From NCBI GenBank assembly GCA_035084275.1, contig CM068749.1, positions 10,230,001-10,294,000 on the forward strand: a stretch of DNA of 64,000 nucleotides, read 5' to 3'. A program made the position numbers and the translations under genes. Each line of letters opens with the position of its first letter. Within the stretch, counting starts at the first letter, position 1. The stretch comes from Hydrolagus colliei (lineage: Eukaryota). Shown here in pieces: positions 25,996 to 36,775 of the stretch. The notes under the pieces are model-generated. The model saw only the letters and a program-made list of their open reading frames with translations. It had not been told where the DNA came from and ran no database searches.

Positions 25996-26486
25996 CACAA
26001 GGAATTTCTAGTATGCAAGCTGGAAATTGCTACAGATACAACTTCTCTGATGAACATAACTGCACGTGTGGAGTGGGGAAGTGGAGTTCAGTAGCTTACC
26101 ATTAAGCATAAATTATATGTTAATTTCTTATCGTTGTTCCACAAGAAGCAAGACAGGGGACGGAAATGTTTTTTTCCCAATAAGTTGAAGTGCATGATGA
26201 TTCATGCTCCCTACTGATCTGCTCCCCCCACTGATCTGCTCCTTATTAAAATATCCCATCAGGAAATAACAATCCCTTCATTTAATGCAGTACCTTTCAG
26301 GTCAGGAGGATGTCTCAAAAGCAGTTCACTGGATTTTACTATTAAGTGCAATTACTGTTTGTTTTGTGGGTGAACACAACAGCCAATTAGCACACAACAA
26401 TGTTCCATAACAATCATGAATTGAATGACCAATTTTATTTGTGGGTGCCGAGGGGGTGGAGGAGAGGGGATGGCTGTTAGTCATCA

Positions 26487-27079
26487 CAAACCTTGGTCCA
26501 CGCCTTCGTCAACTCTCAGCTGGATTATTGCAACGCCCTCCTCGCCGGTCTCCCCTCCACCACAATCCACAAAATCCAGCTTATCCAAAACTCTGCCGCC
26601 CGCATACTCACCCGCTCTAAGCTTCGCTCCCCCTTTACCCCAGTCCTCGCCAGACTTCACTGGCTCCCTATCCCAGAGAGGATCGACTTCAAGATCCTCA
26701 CCCTTGTTTTCAAATCCCTGCAGTCCTCTGCACCCCCCAACCTCTCTGATCTCCTCTCCCCCCCAACCCAGCACCCGCTGCCTTCGCTCCTCTGGGTCTG
26801 GTCTGCTCCATGTCCCCCGAGTCCTCCGCTCCACCCTCGGCGGCCGTGCCTCTAGCCACTACGCCCCGAGGCTCTGGAACTCCCTTCCTCACTCGCTTCG
26901 CCTCGCCCCCTCTCTTCCCAATTTCAGGTCACAATTGAAGACCTTTCTCTTCAACCGAGCTTTTGGTCACCTTCCTGCCCCTGGCTCGGTCCTGGGATCC
27001 GCTACTGTGAAGCGCTCTGAGACGCCGTCCGGCGTGGAGGGCGCTATATAAATTCACGTTGTTGTTGTTGTTGTAGTAG
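26487..27079 (+). mobile_element. Relatively young 5'-truncated L2 LINE (ORF2 C-terminus, one frameshift) nested in a minus-strand SINE
   Basis: [21 protein letters not shown]...[15 protein letters not shown] in one frame, then RLWNSLP...LKTFLF in another after the C-run near 26757; (GTT)n tail; candidate TSD TAGTCATCA (26478-26486) / TAGTCCTCA (27080-27088); host SINE about 26265-26486 and 27080-27310. Confidence 0.92.
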
Positions 27080-27419
27080 TAGTCCTCATACACTAGGAGA
27101 AACCCCGTTCCCTTTTCAAGTTGTGAATTGGATTGTTTTCCTCCTGAACAGACACACAGGGCCTAGGTTTAATGTCTTAGCCAAAGGATGGCTTCTCTGA
27201 ACATTCAATGTCAGCTTAGACTATATGAGTTCCAAGACGCAAAGTGGTTCTTCAACCCACAAAGCTCCGACCAAGAGGCTAGAGTGCTACCAAATGAAAT
27301 GAGTGCTGACATCCATCATTTCATCTTAACATCTCAAGTGCAATTGCAAGAGCCACCTGAATTTTTTTTGAATATATATTCTCATTTAAGACTTGAAATG
27401 CTAGCAACCTGAACCTTCC

Positions 27420-27537
27420 CCCTACCCCGACCCTCCGCCCCCCACCACTCGGGTCCCAACCTGACTTTTCAGTACTTTGGGATGTCCTCCCGTCGTGAAA
27501 GGCGCTTTATAAGTGCAATTTTGTTGTTGTTGTTGTA
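27420..27537 (+). mobile_element. Short L2 3' end
   Basis: C-rich tract then TTTGGGATGTCCTCCCGTCGTGAAAGGCGC and (TTG)n. Confidence 0.75.
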
Positions 27538-28329
27538 AATAAATGTTGCTGTTACTGACTGGGAACTGACTCTGAAGATCAATCACAAGTACTGCACATC
27601 AGGTCACATTTCCAAGCATTTTGAGGGGAATTTCCTTCGACACTGAAGAATGTTGGTGAAGTAAATGTATTATTCAAAGCACAGGAGATGCCATCTCGGT
27701 TTCTGTGGGAGGGTGGAAAGGCTTGGGGATGGACAAAGTTTTCTCACCTCCACAAAAGTATGCTAACTGTGTATTTGTAGACAGGGATTTGGAAGAACGC
27801 CTGCTGCCAGAGAGTTGGCGGAGTGTAGAATGTTTTGTCTAGGTTAACTATTAGCACAGAATTGATTGGGCTGGGGGATTAAGAAAATTAGACATTCGGA
27901 GGAAGGTTATTGGAAGGTACGGTAAAAGATGGGGAATAGGATGAGATGGATGGTTTTATGGAGGAGAAAACACAGATGCAAAAACACTGTACTTTATTTC
28001 GCACCCCCTCCCTATTGCCATTCCTTTAAATTAGTTAGAATGTTGATACAGGCAACTCTGTTTCCATTCACCGTAATACAAACCAGGCACTGAAACTGTG
28101 CCAAGATTAACACAGAGAGTTGCGTGAGGGAGCAAGAGGGGTGAGGCATCAATGTGAGGGTCACGAGGTGTTGTTCCACTCTGCATGAAATGTACTGATA
28201 AAAGTTCAGGCACAAAAACAAACGTACTCAATCAAGCAGCAATTACGTGTTTTAGCCCTTTTTCCAGTACTGTACTTCCAATGAACAGCCATGAAACGAA
28301 TAAACTGATTTACTGGGGGTGGGGGAATA

Positions 28330-28700
28330 GTTAGCTTTGATACCGATAGAGAAACTTCCTTCTCTTTTCCAATGAGCCATGGGATCTTTACTATCCACCT
28401 GAATGTGCAGATGGGACCTCGATTAACAACTCTCCTGAAAGAAGGAATAGTATAGTATCCAAAACAGACAGAATTCCACATATGTATAACACCCATACAT
28501 GGAAATTTCCACTCTATCCCCTGGAAAGATGAACCCCTTAACTTAATACCACAGGTTTAGGGCATCTTCTAGCCCTCACCAGACTATCTTCCAGCTAGGA
28601 CTCCTACTCAGTCTTTGTAAAGCATTTAGAGATGTTCTCCCAGCATGAAAATATGCTGTTTGCTTTTAACTTGTTGAATGTAGAAGATCTAATTTCAATC
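28330..28700 (-). mobile_element. Degenerate SINE fragment and CR1 remnant
   Basis: GCCATGGGATCTTTACTATCCACC (SINE) followed by TTCCACA...TTCCACTCT CR1-like sequence. Confidence 0.45.
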
Positions 28701-30289
28701 AATCATAGAATCGTAGTTTTAATAAAAGAATTGGCAATGGGAAATCAGTGTTTAAACAGCATCCAGATCAGTTTAAGAACATTCTTATCTGCGGCCCTTC
28801 AAACTCTGTTTGATGTCTATACAGTCTAAATATTTTCAAATCACTCTAGTTCCTCATCAAAGAATGAAGGTCTGTTAGGAGAGAAATAAACTCTCTGTGT
28901 TTGAGAATAGCCGAAACATAATATTATTGTAGAACAGTAACACTGTGTCAATATTCTCCTGATCGATAGACTGACTTTAAAATGTCTTTCATTCAACACA
29001 ATTGTGTTGCCAGCACCAACCGGCCCATGTCTTTGTCATCTGTTGCAGTGTAACGTAAATGAGTTACAGCAATTTCAATAGAATGGCTTCCGAATAGTGA
29101 GTGAAACATAAGAATCCGGTGAAAAGAAAATGAGAAATGCATATACAGTAAAACCCGTGTAATTCTGACCTGTATAAATCATGTCATTGCCAAATTGTAC
29201 ATCTGTCCAAGTTCTGTTCAACAGTTTATATTATATCGGGGGGGAAATGACCATGGATTTATGTGATGTGGACCAACGTTGGAAAACGAAAGCATTCAAG
29301 GTCATTGGCAGCCTCTATTCTGCGAGATACCTATTGGTGACAACAGACCTGACGATTACTTTTCATTGCTGTACAAACTGCTATTTGTGTTGAAGCTTCT
29401 TATCAGTATCCAGTTGTCATTCAATTTCTAACCAGAGTAATTAACTGTTCCTGTACTGTTGACCTTGAAAGTTACATAACTTTCTTAAAAACCTAATCCT
29501 ATTTGATTTAGGTTATTTTTAAGCCACAGAAGCACTTGTGTGCACAATTGGTTGACACATTTTGCCCACAAATTACACAATATATTCTGTAAAGCGCTTT
29601 GAGACATCTCAATGACGTGATGAATGCAAGGATTATTTATTATTAAGAAAACTTGAAACATCTCGGCAGAATACAGAAGCTTTCAATGTATCATTTGTAA
29701 AGACAACTTGAAATGTTCATGGGCATCTTGACACAAATGTCACTGTATTTGGGGAAACAAAGTTGCAGAATTTCAATGAAACCAGTTTTTATAAAAGGAG
29801 CAAGATGGCTTTTGCGATGAATTACTATTTAATAAAAGGTTATTTGTAACTGTCCAGATATGTTGATCAAACTTATTTCTCCTTTACGTGTAAGACTTAT
29901 CTTTAAAAACACCCTTTTCAGGATTCAATGTCAAAGGTTGCGCAAAACATTTGTGGTAGGAGATGATTATGTAATACCGTGGATCAAAACAAATTCTTTA
30001 TTACATCCTGTTTATCTTGTCCAATTAAAACAAATTTAGACCGTTGTTTATTTTTATGCAGCAACATTTTTGACTTCTCATTGACTTCTGGGCGTTTTGC
30101 AGTGTTTTATTATTCTTTACACAAACGTGCGCTTTGATATTGTGACTATTCAGCTGTTTCATTCCCTAGTGTAAATGGGCCATGAGGTCTTGGCTCTGGA
30201 AAGCAGATTTGAGTTGTAATATCAGCATTTATACAAAAAAAAGAATAATAAAAGCAGGAGGTTTTGTGTCAGAATCGAATCTGTAAAAT

Positions 30290-30565
30290 AATAACTTTTG
30301 CATTTGATTCGGTGCCTTTCAAGTCGTAGAGTAGGTCTCCATGTGCTTCACGGGATTTACTATCAAGTGGAGTCAATATGTCTTTTGTAGGCAAATGTGA
30401 CGGCCAATTTATGCACGGCAATGCCCCACAAACAGCCATGAAGTGAATGTCCTGAATTTATCCAGTAAACTTTTGGCCTGGATACCGGTGGACACATTTT
30501 GGATAATGCCATGTAATCTTTAATGTTCACTTGAACAGCTAGATAGGATATCTTCTTAACATTTC
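30290..30565 (-). mobile_element. Degenerate Deu SINE
   Basis: Tail, Deu core and CCATGTAATCTTTAATGTTCAC body. Confidence 0.65.
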
Positions 30566-31345
30566 ATCTCATCTTCCTAATATTACAAGTCAGTGCACCC
30601 CCTCCCACCCACCCTTCCCCCTCCACACACACACCTGGAATGTTAATCTATTCTATGCTCTTTTTGGAGCAAGGTTTTGTGAATGTGCAGCTGGTAAAAC
30701 TGAGGGAGACAAATGGAGGTTGTGTGTGGCCCTGGCAGAGTCTCTATTCCAGACAATTGCAAAATTGGGATGAAGGTACACATCACACACGCTAGTCTGT
30801 ATACTGTGCAGAGTGAGATAGTCTTGGAGTATTACCGACATGCCTGGTTGAGGAAATGAACTACTGTACCAAATAATTTTTGCAAGTAAGTCTAGTCAAT
30901 TTTGCCAACAAAATATGCAGTCAATTCACTTTACAATGTATTCTGTGCGATATTTATCAAATGCAAGATGCTATATCAAATGCAAGGATTATTATGGTCA
31001 AGGAAATCCTTCTCATCTCTATTCAAAAGTGACCAACTGAGTTGGTGTAACCATATTTCAAGATTGCACTTGAGGAAGTGAAACTATCAGAATGAGCAAA
31101 ATAATAGATGATTTAAATGATGAGTAAAATAATCTTAGGATTGATGAAAGCATTTTATTGTATCCACCACTTTGTTTTAAACCTATGTAACTACAGAAAA
31201 AAATGTGAGTCAAACAATAATCTGCTGTGGAACAAATGAGCAATATCTAGCGATGCCTTAGAAAATATCTCTGTAAATGTTAGACTGGAATCCACCCAAG
31301 TGATTCAAATGGCTTTATAATTCATGAGAGAGAAACCCTGGGTGG

Positions 31346-31775
31346 TTTATTCATGCGTCCAAGCCCTTTACAGATTATAAACTGCAATGGAACAGTCCAT
31401 TCAATGTTGTAATAAACTGGAGGACCATAGATCAACAAATCATTATAATGTAGGGTTTTCCAATTTGCTAAACTAAAGCTCCCGTCTTTCAACTTGCTCT
31501 TTCTTTAGTTCCGTTATTATCTTGTTGTGCCGAGTGATTTTGACAACATTCGGAAATGAGATTGGTGTGTGAGTGGGGATATAGATTTCTATTCTGCAGC
31601 AATGTTTGCTTGTAGTATATAAGGCATCTGTTAAACAGATGGACCAAAAAAAGCATTAATGTAAATGAGAGAATAGGAATACAAATTCCTCACACTTCGC
31701 TTTTACACTGTGTCAACCCAGAAACGAATTCACCAATGTTGGAAGGTCAGGCCTTTCATCCCACTCCAATTTAAT
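31346..31775 (-). terminator. Candidate polyadenylation signals for APOBEC4
   Basis: Minus-strand ATTAAA at 31770-31775 and AATAAA at 31346-31351; motif match only. Confidence 0.25.
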
Positions 31776-31939
31776 TGTTCTGTTTCCAAAGCTAGTTTTT
31801 ACACTAGTTGGAAGCTCTAATAAATCTAAAATAAGGGTTACAGTGAATGTTACAAAATAAGCGTTAGCTTTGAATTTCGCTGAGTTTTGGAGTAATTAAA
31901 CATTGAGTTGGCTGATTTTTTTTCATTTTTGATAGTAAT

Positions 31940-32215
31940 CACAACAACTTGCATTTATACAGCGCCCTTCATGTGAGGTAGCGTCTCAGAGCGTTTCACA
32001 GTGGTAGATTCTGACACTGAGCCAGGAGGAGAGGGAGCGGAGAGGCGACCGATCAAAAAAGAGAGTGTTTAGGTGGTCTACGAAGGTAGTGAGGAAGGTG
32101 GAAAGATGGAGGGACTGAGATAGAGAGTTTCAGAGTTTGGAGCTGTAGTGGCTGAAGGCACAGACACTGATGGTGCAGGGGACGAGGAACAATCAGGAGG
32201 CCAGTGCCTGCCAAG
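31940..32215 (-). mobile_element. L2 LINE 3' end in sense orientation right after the APOBEC4 stop codon
   Basis: Minus strand GCCTTCAGCCACTAC...CTCCAAACTCTGAAACTC...GTGAAACGCTCTGAGACGC...GGGCGCTGTATAAATGCAAGTTGTTG aligns by eye to the L2 at 26800-27070. Confidence 0.85.
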
Positions 32216-32227
32216 CCGAGGCTGAGG

Positions 32228-33292
32228 CTACATTCGATTTGAAAACATTTGCTTTTTTCCTCTCCTGCTTTTCTTTGAGCCGGCTGGCGTAATCTTTGTA
32301 TGAATTTCATAAACGTTCACCTCCGCTGGGCGTCTGTTGCCTGGGGTTGGCAAGACTGACGGTTTCTGTTCAGACAGCTTGGGCATGTTGAGGTGTCTCA
32401 CGACGTTCTTCGGTTTTCCTGCCTGTGGTGGGTTTGGCCTCATTGACCAAGGCGCCATCATTGAGTTCAGGAAGCCTGCGTACTGTTGCTGCAGAGCTAT
32501 CAATCTGCCATTCGGAACTGGAGGCAGAGGTGGTGGTTTTGGAGCCAAATTGACAGGTTTTCGTTGAGTGAACGCATCCGCGTATGAAGGGTTAACTCCG
32601 GTGATGGCGGCTATCTGTTGGGCATTGTGACAGTCTGCAGATGCCCTCGAGGCCAAAACTGAACCGCGGTGTTCATGAGGCACGCCGTTCACATATCTGT
32701 GTACAAGAATGGACCACATCCCACTGCAGATGGGACTGATGGTCACCCTGGGCCAGAGGGCAGCCAACCTGTGCAGCGCTTGTCGATTCCATCCAGCTTC
32801 AGGAAAGCCCTCATCTGTGTGGTACAGCTGAGAAAAGTAAATGTCCAGCCGAGCGCTGGGATAGTTCAGCAGGAAATCGTGCATTTTCCTCACGCATTGT
32901 TGCATTGATTCATTACACGGGGTGTAATTGGAATACAGAGTAATGTAGGCAACGTTACCATAAGAATACATGAGCGAACTCAGATACCCATCGGTGTCGA
33001 AGAGCATCGACTCTGGATGAAGCTGGTGTGAGGTGCAGTTAGTCACTTGCCCTTTCTGCACTAAAGTCCCAGACGTCAACTTAAGTTCGTAGAACAGAAG
33101 ATGCCGGCTGCACTGCGGTTGCCCGTAGGGGAACCCGAACGTCTTGTAGAATTCCAAGAAGCTGACGCGAGCTTCTTCCCCGGTTCTGATGTGATATGGA
33201 CACTTTTGGCAGCCTGCGGTGAACTGCAACCATGAGTAAGGCTTCACCAGAGTTCCTTGAGGAGCAATGTATTCTTGGTAGCTGGTAGCCAT
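32228..33292 (-). CDS. APOBEC4: APOBEC4, C-to-U editing enzyme family member, 354 aa, single coding exon
   Basis: Diagnostic blocks CPYHIRTGEEARVS, FGFPYG, FYELK, HPESMLF (H92, E94), PCNESMQQC (C126, C133; PCx6C spacing), YFSQLYHT, WNRQAL, LWPRV, VRHLNMP and a basic C-terminus match recalled human APOBEC4; strong Kozak ACG-ATG-G. Confidence 0.97.
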   Translation of the reverse strand: MATSYQEYIAPQGTLVKPYSWLQFTAGCQKCPYHIRTGEEARVSFLEFYKTFGFPYGQPQCSRHLLFYELKLTSGTLVQKGQVTNCTSHQLHPESMLFDTDGYLSSLMYSYGNVAYITLYSNYTPCNESMQQCVRKMHDFLLNYPSARLDIYFSQLYHTDEGFPEAGWNRQALHRLAALWPRVTISPICSGMWSILVHRYVNGVPHEHRGSVLASRASADCHNAQQIAAITGVNPSYADAFTQRKPVNLAPKPPPLPPVPNGRLIALQQQYAGFLNSMMAPWSMRPNPPQAGKPKNVVRHLNMPKLSEQKPSVLPTPGNRRPAEVNVYEIHTKITPAGSKKSRRGKKQMFSNRM

Positions 33293-33333
33293 CGTGGTTC
33301 TTTATCCTGATCCAATTCCACGGAAAACCTCAT
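33244..33333 (-). CDS. Out-of-frame upstream ORF (29 aa) overlapping the APOBEC4 start
   Basis: ATG at 33333 (41 nt upstream of the main ATG), reads MRFSVELDQDKEPRWLPATKNTLLLKELW* to TGA at 33246-33244; translation unproven. Confidence 0.3.
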   Translation of the reverse strand: MRFSVELDQDKEPRWLPATKNTLLLKELW

Positions 33334-33385
33334 TGCAGTAGATAATCCTTAAAGACTGTGAAGTAAAAACGGACATTAAATAAAT
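33293..33385 (-). other. APOBEC4 5' UTR and 3' splice site (acceptor AG at 33357-33356)
   Basis: Minus strand TTTAATGTCCGTTTTTACTTCACAG|TCTTTAAGG; agrees with the two-exon structure known for human APOBEC4. Confidence 0.7.
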
Positions 33386-33477
33386 TGTCGCTCTGCATGA
33401 TTTGTGCAACAGTGTTCACTAATGTTCCCCCATTACATCAATCATTTTGCTGTTTGATCATGTAGAGGCCTTTCAGG

Positions 33478-33725
33478 AACATGGGATCAGGAGTCGGCCA
33501 TTCCTCCCAGTGTGTCTGTTCTGTTGTTCTGTTAGACGGTGGCTGATCTGTACATCAACTCCATTCACCTGGGATTATTATCCCCAGACAGCGATCCGGC
33601 AATTAAATACTGGTTTTGTACTTACTGCTAGGTAAACAGAGGCGTGTGGAGTAAGGAAACTTGCCAAAGGTATTGCCCCACCCGGGAATCGAACCCGGGC
33701 CCACTCGCTTACAAGGGGAGCATGC
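33478..33725 (-). mobile_element. CR1 3' end (33478-33570) next to a long-type SINE 5' part (33572-33725)
   Basis: GGAGTCGGCCATTC...GGCTGATCT CR1 motif; CTTACTGCTAGGTAAACAGAGGCGTGTGGAGTAAGG and GGGAATCGAACCC SINE motifs. Confidence 0.75.
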
Positions 33726-33821
33726 TAAGCATTTCAGTCTGCATGTAAAAAGGCCTGATGTGAAGTTGAATGTTAAAAACAGGTGGAGTAGGCTTGGTCT
33801 TTCTTTACAGTGCAGAGCTAG

Positions 33822-33843
33822 TGTTTACCTGTTACCAGGAGAC
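33822..33843 (-). promoter_or_regulatory. Forkhead site plus RFX X-box; overlaps a candidate donor of APOBEC4 non-coding exon 1
   Basis: TGTTTAC at 33822-33828; GTCTCCTGGTAAC (minus) at 33831-33843; CAG|GTAAAC (minus) at 33829/33828. Confidence 0.4.
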
Positions 33844-34160
33844 TGTTGAGCTTCAGCAGTTGCTGTCATAGTTCTTTGCCTTTTTCATCATTTTATTCCG
33901 AACGTCTGTCTTCTGTTCGTATCAATGTTTAGTGAATTTGGTGAGACTGGCCCATATAGCAGAAGATACTAGTGTACTATAAATCTTCCACCTTTTAGAC
34001 GGAGTGTTTTCTGGTAGTTTCAGTGAGGGAGGGTGCAGCTGTAGATTCCTTTCTCAAGCAAAGCAATTGATCACTGAATCTGACTCCATGGCAATAAGTG
34101 TTGACACATGTGTTAAAATAAACCACGAGATATATACAGGTCTTGGCTTCCTTATACACA

Positions 34161-34463
34161 ATATAATGCTTGCATTTGATATAGCACTTTTTACCTCTTC
34201 TAGATGTCTCAAAGCTCTCCACAGAATATACTGTCAAGTGAATTGACTGTATATTTATGGGCGAAATGCGTTAGCCAATTGTTCACAGCAGTTGGCCCAT
34301 AAACAGTCATGGATTGAAATGACCAATTTATTATTTTTTTCTTGAGGGATTATTATCAGGCGTGTGGAGTAAGGAAACTTGCCCAAGATTTTGCCCTGGC
34401 TGGAGTCAAACTCAGGTCCTTCGCTTGCAAGGCGAGTGCTTCAACCACTGAGCTATAGGACTC
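34161..34463 (-). mobile_element. Full-length short-type tRNA/Deu SINE
   Basis: Same structure as 2403-2717. Confidence 0.9.
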
Positions 34464-34597
34464 GGATAGATGTAGCTGTGTGTATGTTTTTTAACAAAAA
34501 GGACTGTTTGTCAGAGATCGCACTATAGTTTACTAAAATGATCAGTTCATTGAATGTCGCAACAGTAGAAATTAGAATTCCGATAATGTATTGAATT

Positions 34598-34885
34598 CAA
34601 CAACTTTCATTTATATTAGTGGCCTTTATGCAGGATAACTTCTTGGAGCTCTGAGCAATAGCAATAGAGTTTGATGCCTTGCTGGGAAGAAAGGGGAGGC
34701 GATAGTTCAAAGAGGAAAGCCTTCAGGTACAAATTTGTAGAATGATAAAGGTGGGGGCAAGACAGATGGTTGAGGCAAGGAGCTCCAGAGCTTCGGGGCG
34801 TAGGAGCTGCAGGTGTGTCTAGCGATGTTGGAAGGGATGGATTAGGGACGTTCAGAAGACCTGAGCTGATCCAGCAAAGGTAGAG
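34598..34885 (-). mobile_element. Degenerate L2 3' end
   Basis: AACAACTTTCATTTATA tail, AAAGAGGAAAGCCTTCAGG, GAGCTCCAGAGCTTCGGGGCGTAG. Confidence 0.65.
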
Positions 34886-36669
34886 GAGTGGGTGAAATGG
34901 AACATTTGAGTTTAATAATTAAGCAGGTCATACAATATACTTATTGAAAACAACTCTGAGAACTATGTTTCAGTGTCATCAAAATACCAAGTTTCAGCAA
35001 CTACTTCCATCTTCCATCAGGCTTTTTAAAAACAATTCTGTAGTTGGTTTAAAACAGTTATTAGTTCTGACTGCAATGGGCATTTTGTAGACTTGAGGGA
35101 ATGAGATTTGCTAGTGCTTTAGTCAGATTTTGATCATTGCTTGACATGTAGATGTGTAGTATTGTGTAACTAGGATTACATTAACACCAGAATTTGGATT
35201 CCAAAACTGTCTTCCAGTAATTATGATTGCGCTCGACTGGCTTTGGGTTCAGGGCACACTTGAAACCGTTCATAGGTTCCGTTTCCAGTGTAAGAAGTGA
35301 TTCATTATCTCGAGTGATTTTGGCAAGCTTAAAGAATGATTTCCTCTCATTATCCCCTGAGTGTAATGCTAGGAACTATAAGTGCGCCAGACTCCACGTG
35401 CAACCATCCTGCACTCTAGTGAAACAGGGTCAAAGTATCAAGTTTCTTTAAAATTCCTTTTCAATGCATTAAGATGCAAAAAAAAGAGTAGGCCAAGTTT
35501 CCTGGAAGCTGTTACTTATAGAGTAGTGACCGATCTCATCAGCATCCTGCAAGCTTACACCTAACTTAGCATGTTTTCCTGCTGGCTAAACTCTGATGAG
35601 AGAGTTCCTTAGACTTGTATAGATCACCCTCAAAACACACATGGCAGCCAATTGCGCACAGCAGTGTCCCACAACACTCAATGGATTGAGTGACCAAATT
35701 AGTTTGCAGAGTAAATATGCAAGAGGACTGAGGGTTGGTTTCAATGCGGCTTCAATGCAGGGAATTTTGTAAGGAATTGTCACTGGTGGGGATGGAACTC
35801 AAAGGGGCACTTTTGTCCCAGAAGCATTAAAAACAGATATCTACCAATAAAGTGCACTCAATGTGTTTGTTTCAAACTGTAGAATGGTTGAAATAATAGG
35901 AAAGCAGGAATCTAATAAGTATTCATACAGTGTCTTTATTTACCAAATAATATACTGTAAAATCTGTCTAAAATTCTGTTTTATAAAAAGATTGCCTAAA
36001 CAGTGACTGCTTGATGACTGCCAATGAATTCACCATTACCTTTATTGTTGTTATTAATATTATGGAAGGGCAGTTTACTGGGTGGAAATTCTTGAGGGCT
36101 GGTGGGGATTTTCCCCATCACTTGTTAAAAAATGCCCTCCCTCAAAGTCATGCAATTTATTGTCAATGGAATTTGAATTGGACAGTGTTTACCACTGAGG
36201 ACTGCCTTTATTTTGCTGACAGCATGAGAAATGTCCACGGAGAGCAAATACGAGGAAAGTGAATGAGATTTTAAATACCGATGTTTCGAAGAGAAATTAC
36301 TTTGGCTGAAACAAGGCTTTTTTTTCCCCTCTTCACACAGACAGATTTAAGATGATTTAAACCCACGGTCAGCATTACTAAGCTATTAGGGATTTCGGCC
36401 AAAAGAAAAAAAATACTGGTGGGTAGTTGAATGCGTGTATCACAAGCTGCCTTTCATTTACTGTGCGACTGTGTGATAAGCAGGCCCTTATAGTGATGTG
36501 ACGCAAAGGAGCTTGAGTTGTGCAGTGAGTTAGTAGTGTGGGTGCTTATTGCTGAGCTGCATATTTGTGTTGGCAATGTCGATGCGTCATTCAATCAGCG
36601 TGTGAGGTGCTCCTGAGTATTACTTTCATTGAAGTTTAAAACTGAGTCTAGTTTTCACCCATGAAATAC

Positions 36670-36775
36670 ACAATGAATCCACTTTACAGTATATTTTGTG
36701 AAGCGCTTTGAGACGTCTCAATGACGTGATAAGGTGCTATATATCAAATTCAAGGATGATTATTATTTTATTATT
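36670..36775 (+). mobile_element. Deu SINE tail
   Basis: GAAGCGCTTTGAGACGTCTCAATGACGTGATAAGGTGCTATA. Confidence 0.75.

Noticed and set aside
26425-27051. 208-aa ORF as a novel gene
   Set aside because: Its first half is an alternative, S/P-rich frame of L2 ORF2 and its second half is the true L2 frame after a frameshift; it is a retroelement fragment
29794-29811. KGARWL, matching the end of the RGL1 common exon
   Set aside because: Upstream codons (SMKPVFI) do not match VQIQQAAN, there is no donor, and a stop follows (LLR*); treated as chance
32053-32908. ORFs overlapping or antisense to APOBEC4 (32053-32310, 32337-32567, 32669-32908)
   Set aside because: By-products of the GC-richer coding exon and adjacent L2; no motifs
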